Positions 27,609 through 36,700 of a stretch of 64,000 bases of DNA are shown in pieces. Both the position numbers and the translations under genes were made by a program. Position 1 is the stretch's first letter, and the number at the start of each line of letters is the position of its first letter. Source of the stretch: Amoebophrya sp. A120 (lineage: Eukaryota > Protista > Dinoflagellata); NCBI GenBank assembly GCA_905178155.1, contig CAJINV010000004.1:7385861-7449860 (forward strand), given 5' to 3'. The notes below the pieces were generated by a model that saw only the letters and a list, made by a program, of their open reading frames with translations, made no database searches and had not been told where the DNA came from.

Positions 27609-27658
27609 CGCGAACGAATCCATCGTTACGAAGTGCGCAAGCTCCGGCAAAAATAGGG
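27609..27658 (+). repeat. Array repeat R2
   Basis: core-caagctccggcaaaaataggg. Confidence 0.95.
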
Positions 27659-28297
27659 TGAAGGATCTAGTTTCGAAATGGAGAGGCTATTTTTTCCAAA
27701 CGCAAGCATACCGAGTCAAAAGCGAACAACATCGCAACTACATCTTCAATTCTTCGAATCCGCATTGCAAATTCCTTATTCCAAGTCTAGTTTTTCCAGT
27801 TTCTAATGCTATTTTCACATTCCTCACACTGAATCCACATTCAACTGACTCCACACTTTTCACATTTCACTTCCTCACACTGAATCCACATTTTCACACT
27901 CAACTGACTCCACACTGAATCATGAATAAAAATCAAACTCTGTTTTCGTTTTTTGTGAAGCGAGAATTGTTTTTTCCACGATGAGAAAGAAAGGAGGAGA
28001 AACATAATTTCTCATGCGCGAAAAGAATTCGAAGATGAACAAATTTTCATGAAAAACGAACAGTCTTTTGGGAATCTCAACAAATGAAAACTGAACTTCA
28101 ACACGGGCCTCGTCTGTGTTCTTTCGTTCGGTAACATTGGTGGAGAACCTGAATTTGCCCCATTGATTTGCCTACCCACCTCCATAGATAGTGGTAGCAA
28201 TTTTCTCTTTAACAATCTTCGGTTTTGCTTACCAGTAACACTCTGAATTGTTAAAGTACAAAAGAAGAAGAAGAAGGGGCTGACCTACGACGCCCTG

Positions 28298-29129
28298 ATG
28301 GCCACCACCTTCTTCTCCATCTTACAGTACGAGGCGTTCTTGTCCCACCCGCAGCTGAATCCGACCACCTGCATCAAGGACACCGGCTGCGGAGCCTGCG
28401 TGGGGGGAAGCGCGCAGGTCGATCGGTACGTCGACACCATGAAGGGTTTGGGGGTGAAAGCGAAATTTGTGGACCTTAGCAACCCCATCATCTTTGGTGG
28501 AATTGCGGGCTGCGAGCAGAAGGTCACCCGCACGGTGCACCTCCTGGCGGAACTGAAAAAGGATTTTCAGTTCTGGTTTTACTGTTTCATCCTCGAAGAC
28601 AGTAAAACTCCAATTTTGTTGTCGCGGTCTCTCGTCTTCGACGATATGAAGGCGACGCTGCCCCGCAACGAAAACGGGGTGGTCTACTGGTCCGCGCCAT
28701 CCATCGGCGTGGATCAGGAGCCACTGAAGATCATCAACAATGCCTTCGTGATTGACATGCTGCCGCTGGCCGCGCAACAGAAAACCGCCTGACTATCCTG
28801 TTCAAAACGACTACCACCGGTGCCGCCTAGCAAGGAACCTCACCGGGAATTTTCCGATCGGGACCAGAAGCAGCTTCTATTTTCAGTTTCATCTTCATCA
28901 TCATCCACAACCACCAGTACAAACGAGTCTTCATATCCAGCAGTAAACTCCGAACAGCAATACGATACTTTCGGCAGCAGCAGTTTCTTCGTCCCGGCAC
29001 TACAATCATCTCCTGTACATCCAGCAAACAAAGCATCTTTATCGCGAGAACAAATAGCATTGATGCACAAGAACACCGGGTTTCCGGTGTTCGACAATTT
29101 TTGGCCCTTAATCAAGCTCTTCGACGACA
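28298..29129 (+). mobile_element. Insert 2: LTR-retrotransposon (Ty1/copia-like) pol fragment with aspartic protease and probable start of the integrase zinc-binding region
   Basis: 'CIKDTGCGACVGG' (retropepsin DTG motif), 'IIFGG', 'TPILLSRSL' in 28298-28792; downstream 'ALMHKNTGFP' resembles the copia 'LH...GHP' motif; truncated at R3. Confidence 0.65.
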
Positions 29130-29181
29130 GCAGGAAAATAAAAGATGCGCGAACGAATCCATCGTTACGAAGTGCGCAAGC
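29130..29181 (+). repeat. Array repeat R3
   Basis: gcaggaaaataaaagatg-core-caagc. Confidence 0.95.
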
Positions 29182-29439
29182 GGGTTATTACTTATGAAAG
29201 GATCCCAGTCTGCGGTCTAAATCATAGCCCGATGAACCTCGGCACGGATACGAGGCCACGTCTATAAAGTATAAAAAAATATATGTAGACCTCACTTTTT
29301 AAGATCTCTCGCAACAGGATCTGTAATGCAACAAACAGACCCTATAGCTGTCAGGCTATCTTGTCCAGATACTCACCGGGGGAAGTCAGATCTCCCTCGT
29401 TCCAGCGACCGTCGCCGCAAGGTTCTAGGATTAGACCAC

Positions 29440-30009
29440 TCAGTGTTCCTCATATCCATCCTCGGCGTGTTTTCCATACTTATCGCTCAAGCCGTAAGGG
29501 AATAAAGATCGCGCATAGCGCATCATCTTCTCTTCGAGCTCTGTGAGAAGCTCAGAAGAGGAGGCGACGTTGCCGGGCATCACTTGAGGCTTGCCCGGAC
29601 ATCGAGCAAAATGGTGATAAAGGATAGTATTGTGCCGCGCACGAATACCAGAGAAATCCTGCCACAGTCTGGCTTCGTATGCAAAATTTAGCTCCTGCCT
29701 GTGGTTGCTGAATCTCTTACGGAGCATATTAGTGGTCTGTCCGATGTAAATCAAATGGCAATGCGAGCACTGCATGGCGTATACTATATTTTTGGTCTGG
29801 CAAGAAATAGGCTGCTCCCATTTCGTATAGAGCTTAGTTTTTCCGTTCCACACTAAAATAGAATCCGTATAGTTACGGCAAGGAATACAGGTGCTACTTG
29901 GGTATCTTTTGTATTTGAACTCGTGCTGGTCGTAGTCAATGACGTCATCTATTCCAACTCGACAAGTTTTGTCGCTTACTTCGCTACAGTAAATCTCTTC
30001 GTGGGTCAT
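29440..30009 (-). CDS. Insert 3: GIY-YIG endonuclease of Penelope-like-element type (no reverse transcriptase present)
   Basis: 'SCQTKNIVYAMQCSHCHLIYIGQTTNMLRKRFSNHR', later 'HHF' and 'ELEEKMMRYARSLFPYGLS': GIY-YIG with an inserted CxxC and the C-terminal E...P.GL motif. Confidence 0.8.
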   Translation of the reverse strand: MTHEEIYCSEVSDKTCRVGIDDVIDYDQHEFKYKRYPSSTCIPCRNYTDSILVWNGKTKLYTKWEQPISCQTKNIVYAMQCSHCHLIYIGQTTNMLRKRFSNHRQELNFAYEARLWQDFSGIRARHNTILYHHFARCPGKPQVMPGNVASSSELLTELEEKMMRYARSLFPYGLSDKYGKHAEDGYEEH

Positions 30010-30145
30010 CTTGGACTATAGAAACCCGTAGCCATATGAAACTCATAGTGGTATGTTTCTATTTATTAAAATATAAACTAAAAAGCTGCGAAGGGACGAG
30101 TTGCAAGGCTGCGACATTCCGTCGCCAAACCTTACGACCGGGCGC

Positions 30146-30203
30146 GACGCAGGAAAATAAAAGATGCGCGAACGAATCCATCGTTACGAAGTGCGGAAGC
30201 TCC
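30146..30203 (+). repeat. Array repeat R4
   Basis: gacgcaggaaaataaaagatg-core-gaagctcc (one substitution after the core). Confidence 0.95.
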
Positions 30204-30687
30204 TGTTGTGAGCCTTGTGTTCTCACCTTTCTCTCGCTCGGTCCATGATCTTCTCGTGCGTAGTCGGTAAACAGTTTTTTCGTTTTCCTTCTTTCTTCAC
30301 ATCGTAGAGTCGTAGAATATCGTGCCGAATCGCATACATCGTTTTTTGGGAACATATTTTTTTTCTTCTGCCTACCCTGTTTTTTTGCCGCAAGGCCAAT
30401 TAGATTAGATAGACCCTGGAAACACAAGAACATCATGCAGATACGAATTAATGTTTTCGAGCCTTTGGCTCAAGATGAGCAAAACATAATCAGGAAGAGT
30501 TTTTGTTTCGCGACTCACCCGAAGAGAAACGTGTTCAAGTGGCAAGATCTAAAAGTCATAAGATCAACAGAGTTATGAGCCACTCCTAAGCATAAACAAA
30601 AAGCCACTTTTGCATTACACCCCCCAAACGAACACGAATAAGAATACATAAATCTGCATGACAAATAAAACCTAACCCACGAACAAG

Positions 30688-31148
30688 ATGACGCCCGGTG
30701 CAGCAGTGAGGGCTACGCCAAATACCCTGGGAGGCACTGCGACGATAAACGGCATCAAGTACATATACTTGACGTCCACCGCAAGGCAGATCTACCAAGT
30801 CTTCTGCAGGAAAGCGGGGCCGAACGCGGTTAGCGAGGAGAACAAGAAGCAGTTCTTGAAAATCAACGACGAGTACTACTTTCTGAAACTGGTGGCCCGT
30901 GTGGTGCACAACATCCGTGCGAACGAAGGGCAGAGCGACTTGACCAAGGACGACCTCAAGAATCTGCGGGAGCAGGCAAAAAGCATCACTGAGGACAACG
31001 CCGAAAACCTCGATCAGTTCAAGTTGAAACCGGTACAGGCAAACCAGGGAACAGCGACAGAGGATTCAAATTCCGAGTCCGAAATCCCACGGTGGACAAC
31101 GGGCCGCGACATCCTTCCATCACAACAAAGGCATCGCGAACAAGTACT
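30688..31148 (+). pseudogene. Insert 4: N-terminal fragment of an unknown protein, truncated by R5
   Basis: ATG-initiated, GC3-rich open frame running into R5; family not recognised. Confidence 0.5.
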
Positions 31149-31219
31149 GCGGAAAACAAATCATGCGCGAACGAATCCATCGTTACGAAGTGCGCAAGCT
31201 CCGGCAAAAATAGGGGGCG
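31149..31219 (+). repeat. Array repeat R5 (most diverged 5' flank)
   Basis: gcggaaaacaaatcatg-core-caagctccggcaaaaatagggggcg. Confidence 0.95.
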
Positions 31220-33757
31220 TGCTGCCGCTGATTTCGTAAATTTTCATCCCGACAGAGAGGAGTCCTCGAAAATCCTAATCCGCCTCCAGCATTCATCTTG
31301 CGGGAACTTCAACCCCTGTCAACTGTGTTTGAATCCCTAATATGATCGTGCACGTGCGCCCTCACATTAATACCGCTTTATTGCATAACTCAATGTTCTA
31401 CAGCTGTACGTGCGTGCTTGGTGCGCCCTCGTACATACTGCAGATTTCGAAAGGACTTGTTTGTTTGTTTGTTAGTGATGAAATCGTGGTTTCCGTGTGA
31501 AGTATTTACCTTCTTCTCACGAAGATGCTAGTGTTAGTCTAATACTAGGAGGCTACAGCAGCTTTGGCTTCGTAGGCCTGAGAAAAAGAAAGCGTAAAGA
31601 TTATACAGTAGAGCTCTTGATGTTCTGCACTAGACATCAAAAGTTGCTAAAAATAAAAGTTGCTATTAAAAGTCGCAGGGTTGAAAGTCCAAAAGTTGCT
31701 TGGTTCTTGTTGAAAAAGGAGAGCGTTAAAACTTTATTGTTGTTGGCGATTCAAAACAAAAACAATCAATAGGCTACTGAGCCACTATGATGTTCAAAAT
31801 CCATATAATTCTACACAGGCACTCGGAACTTCTGAAAGTTTTCTATTTTCCTAAATCTCAAGTTTTCTCACAATTTTGGGACCTTTTGCTTTTGTGTTTA
31901 ACGGTGACACGATGATCTTCGGCTCAATTATTCTATCAATTTTGATACTTACCGAGTTCTTCATTCTTCTTGATCTTGATGGGATAATAAACAAAAGGCA
32001 ATGAATTCTGCTTGACCGACGGTGTAGGATCATTTTCATATTCATTTCGTGCTTGCACGTGACGTCAACAAATACTTTTTTCCTATGACCGACTGCACTG
32101 CTTGGGAAAGAGGACAGACTAGACAAACACACTGTTGCTTTACTATCTTCCCATCAACGGTGTTTCTCCGTACTATCTTCGTAGTACGGGCGCTGAGCAG
32201 GCGGGGCTGCACGAGCTCCAACTACAAGAACTTCTACAATATTCATTGTGTTGAAGATAGATGTCATCCTAAAAACTTCCACAGAGATTCTGTTTTTCAT
32301 CGAGTTTCGTACATTTTGATTTTCCTGTTCATCATTACAGTGTGAATTTTATCGAAGGAGAAGGCCTGCTGACCCGGTGCGGGTTGTGAGTTCATCTGCA
32401 TCACAGGTTGTAGTTAAAACTAGGGCAGTGAATGTCCACCGACCTGTTTTGATCAAGAAAAGGCATTTTCTGGTCTAGTTGAAAAACTGGCTCCACGGCT
32501 TGTTGTGCGGCAACTGCTACTTACAACTTCTAGGCGCGGCATTTTCAGTACTACTAGCAGGTCGTCGTCGCGTTCTTGTATGTTGGCGCTCGTTACATGA
32601 TCTGCTAAATTTTGTCAAGAAAACACGCAACATTTTTTTTTTCCTGCGGTATCTGATGTCCTTGAGTCTTCTAGCACTTTGTGCTTAATACATAATAAAT
32701 CTTACGCTTATAACTCAGTTGGATGATACCACGAATTACATGCGGGCTTCTGTACTCCGTCTCCCTCGAAGTCGGCGCTTACTTGTTTGCACTAGAAGAT
32801 AAAAACATGTTTCAGCTGCTGCAGCGTGCGGCAGTTCAACACCGCTATACCTCTAGCTACGCGTACGCCTGCACAAAACTACAAGAATGCGAATAGTGAG
32901 AGGAGAAAGAGCCCGAAGAGACTTTCTTGTAGGATTTGTTTCTTTGCGGGTAGTAGTGGTTATCCTTTACCCCACCGAAGATGCTCGGGTAGTCGAGCAT
33001 CTCTCGCTTCATGTGATTCCCCTTCTCGCGCGAACGACGCTGACGCATCGTAGTTTCGGTAAAAGCCTATTTAGCTTTAATATTTCTTGCGTGTGTGATG
33101 AAAAAGTATGATAAAGAAATGGTGGTGCGCGGCGTAGTTCTCCTATTGCTGTCCTTCAATTTCTGCTCAACGTGGAGGGAGGCGACTGCTCCTCCGAGCA
33201 CAGGACAATTTTTTTTTTTGGTGAAAAGGAAAAATACCTCCAATACGAGTTTTTACTTATATATCAATTTTGCGTTTTTCTTCTTGTTGTTTAAAAATGT
33301 GTTCTTTGTTTCCAACTGGGGCGACGATGTAAATTCAGCTTCTGGTTCTTTGCTACAGGAGGTGCAGTCAACATACAACACTGTGATGAATTATTCTTTG
33401 GTATAATAGTCGTACTAGACCTTGTACAAGCGAATCTTGTTTTAGCAGCTCTTGAATTATCTCTTTAATTCTACTTATCCTGTAAATTCCACCGCCCTGC
33501 TGCTGCCTCTTCGATTGAATTCGAAGAGTCCTCTGGCGCATATTGCGATTGCGTTGTACTACATGCGACGTCCCGATGAAAAGATATTACAAATCGAAAT
33601 CTGATGAATCTAGCTTTCAAGTCCAACTTTCGTATTATTTTTTCTGCTGGCCGTGTCGTGGTCCACCACCGTTCTTGCACAACACCTACAAGTACAACAA
33701 TGTCGAAAATAAAATAAAAATACAGCCTTAATCAAGCAACATAAATTATCGATCTTC

Positions 33758-36700
33758 TTAATCGACCGAAATTCCTTGCTGCTTGCATTGTTGTTTGTAC
33801 TGCTCCAGCGACTTTTGCGCCATGTTTCTCGCCGAACCTTCGTCGTGGCCCTGCTGCCGATTATCGTATTTAAAAACGTCCCCACCGCAGAGCTGTAATG
33901 CAAATCTGCATGCTCAGAATGTTTCTCATGCCGAGCCCCATGAGAAGGATGGCCTAGTCGTGTTTTGGAATTTGTCATGCTCCAATCAGCAGGATATACT
34001 AGATCTGTGATGCTGCTGAGCTAGCTCCTCAAACAGCATTACACTACGAGTCTAAATTTGTCGTGCAAAACAGCCAAAACTTGTGGATTTGTCTAGCCGA
34101 TTTCCCATCTTGTCTCTGGGGTGGGGACGTTTTTACATAGGATACCGATAGCTCTCGACGTACTGCTGGTAGACGTGCGCGAACCACTGCCGCTTTTTAT
34201 CAGAATGAAAAATGCCCCCACCCCCGAACTTGAAAGCATTTGTATTGCAAACCTTTCCAAATGAAACATTCGCCCTCTTGCACCAATCAGCATCACAGGT
34301 TTCCAATCGTGAATGGCGAAAATTTGTATTGCAAAAGACCCCAGCAAGAGCGGCGCTTGTCATGCAAGCGATGCGATACACGCCTAGACTCTGTCTCTGC
34401 ATCAGAAAGATTCGTACTCCTTTCATGCATGACAAAAAGTTTTCATTTGGAAACTTCGCATCACAAATTTTTGCAATTTGAGGGGTGGGGGGCACTTTTC
34501 ACTGTAATACTTTTGCTCCACGCTGCCGTCGGCGCTGGGCGCCGACATGGGACTGGACGCCGCCTGGCGCTGCGGTGGGGACGAGTGGTGGTAGGAGCTC
34601 TGTTGGTGACCATGACTACTCCCGCCGCCGAAGGAGTCCAAAAAGGAGGCCCCCCCGCCCCCGTTGGTTCCGTTGCCGCTGGTTCCGCTGCCGCCCCAGA
34701 AACTGTCGCCAGACGAACTGCCCCCACCGTACCGGTCGGACCTCTGTCGCTTTAGGTCCGGGCCGTCGAGGTCTTGGAAGAAGAAGTCGGAGGACCGGTT
34801 ATCATTTGTAAAAACGTCTTCACCCCAGAGTCAAGACGGGGATTCTGCAACACAAACCTTAAAGTTTTGGGAGCCACGCATGACAAGTTGGAGGCTGTAG
34901 TATAATACAGTTTAGCAAGGGAAGCCGCATAACAAATCCATCTCCTTATCCTGTTCACAGCATTACAAGTTCCAAAACACGATGGCATTTGCCTCTCAAC
35001 ATGGGGATGCGCATTACAACTGCTCTTGTGCTTACAGATCTGCATGACAACTCTGGGGTGGGGATGTTTTTGCACAGGATACCGGTTGTTGCCGCTACTT
35101 CCGCCCTTGTAGCTGGATCCGCCCCCGTAGTGGCTGTCGTGATCCCCCCGGTGATGACCACCCCCGCCGGCAAAGTGGTCGCTGCCGCCCCGGCTGCCGC
35201 CAAAGGCCCCGAAGGCCCCGTCGCCGCCGAAGTGCCGCTCGTGGTAGGAGCCCTTGCTCATCCCGCCCCCAAAGTGGTGGTCGTCGCGGTCGTGGTGCTT
35301 CGAGCCGCCGCCCTTGTGGTGCATTCCGCTCTTCTTGCCCCCCTTGAAGGACGACCCCTTGTTCTGGGGCGCCCACTGCTCCCACCCCTTGGTGTTTGCC
35401 TTGCCGCCCTTCGGATTCGCCAGCCGCTCCGCGCGCTCGGGAAGGAAGGGCTGTTCGGGCGGTTGCTTGAACTTACGCTCCCCGAGCTCGTCGTCTGGGC
35501 CGATCTGAGAGGATTTTTGTGATGGACGGAATGATGTATTTTTCTTTTCTTCTGTCTGCAAGTTTAGTTTTGTTGCTGGGTAGTAGTTGCGCAAGATTTT
35601 TTACCTCTAGTGCTGCATGCCCTTATTTTACAAGAATTATCTAGACAGCGGTTATAGTGCATGTGCTGCTGCTGGTGCATGATGTGCTGACCATGATCTT
35701 CACACAATCAATATTCTTGTACCTTGACCCAGATTGGTGTTGACACTTGTGGCCTGCCATCTTCGGTTTGGAACAGCTTGAATACGATGGTGTCGCCCTT
35801 CTGCAACATGGCCTCCTGTGCCATCTTGCTGTGCATAAACACGTCTTTCCCTGATTTTTTTTGTTTTTACCATTTTTACAAAAGCTTTCTCATCTGGCCC
35901 GTCATTATTTTCCAGATTGAGATTCTTACTTCACAGATTTAAATCAATATCAAGCACGTGCTGAGAACAACGGTCGAAAATACTGTGTTCTTCAGATGAT
36001 CATGCTGTTGACCGTAATAAAGCATGACACAAAAACATCAAGTACCAAATTGTGTCCTTAAGTCTTCGTTGTGGACGAAGAGGTCGTTTTGCTTGGAATG
36101 GTTCGATATGAAATGCAAATATGTCTGGGTCTGGAAACTTGTAATGCTAAAAATGAATGGTAGACGCACTGCAATACGCAGTCACGCATGACAAATCTTG
36201 TGGCTGCCATGTCTTACGTACTTATTCCGCATGGCAAACTGCGTTTTTGCATGACAGGTAAGAGGGCCTTTTCGCGCCTATGCAACACAGATTCTCGAGT
36301 CATGCCAGACAAGCATGACAAACTTGCATTCTTCCAGACCCAGACATCTTTCCATTTGATATTCGACACGAAGCCCTCGTTGTCGCCAAATCTCAGCTGT
36401 TGACTGTCGTAAGGAAAAATCCCCCCTCCCCATATCGAAACGAAGTTTCTAATGCTGGATTTGCGTACACAAATCAGATCTGTCTTGCAGAAAGTGCTTG
36501 GCGGCATTTTCTGAGCCTGCTTGGGTATGCAGAAGGGTAGCAATTGCGCATGGCAGACAGGTTTGCAGTTGTCGAAAGCGCATGACAGACTTGCTCTGGA
36601 ATGCGTCAAATGGTTCCTATGATCCTATATGCAAGACAAAGATGATTTGTGGCCACAAATCAGCATCACAAATTTCCGTTTTGATATGGGTAGGGGGGAT

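Larger units (their letters stand above)
26560..31219 (+). repeat. Array of 5 direct repeats (invariant 29-bp core, up to 71 bp) separated by four unique ~0.95-1.5 kb inserts
   Basis: Core CGCGAACGAATCCATCGTTACGAAGTGCG identical at 26581, 27609, 29148, 30167 and 31166; flanks GACGCAGGAAAATAAAAGATG and CAAGCTCCGGCAAAAATAGGG partly shared. Confidence 0.95.

Noticed and set aside
29223-29270. Possible hammerhead ribozyme next to the Penelope-type ORF (ccgatga + cctcg/cgagg stem)
   Set aside because: Core is CCGATGA rather than CTGANGA, no GAAA follows the stem, and it is on the strand opposite the ORF.
30026-30035. ccgtagccat matching the 5' half of the dinoflagellate spliced leader
   Set aside because: Only 10 nt, the rest diverges, and it is antisense to the adjacent ORF; chance is plausible.
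26560-31219. Calling the array a bona fide CRISPR or bacterial integron
   Set aside because: Spacers are ~1-1.5 kb rather than 25-70 bp, repeat ends are ragged, there is no cas or intI gene, inserts are in mixed orientation and truncated, and the context is eukaryotic; reported only as analogous.
26453-31340. Recurrent peptides 'CANESIVTKC', 'ARTNPSLRSAQA' and 'HFVTMDSFA' in several ORFs
   Set aside because: They are translations of the DNA repeat in different frames, not a protein domain.
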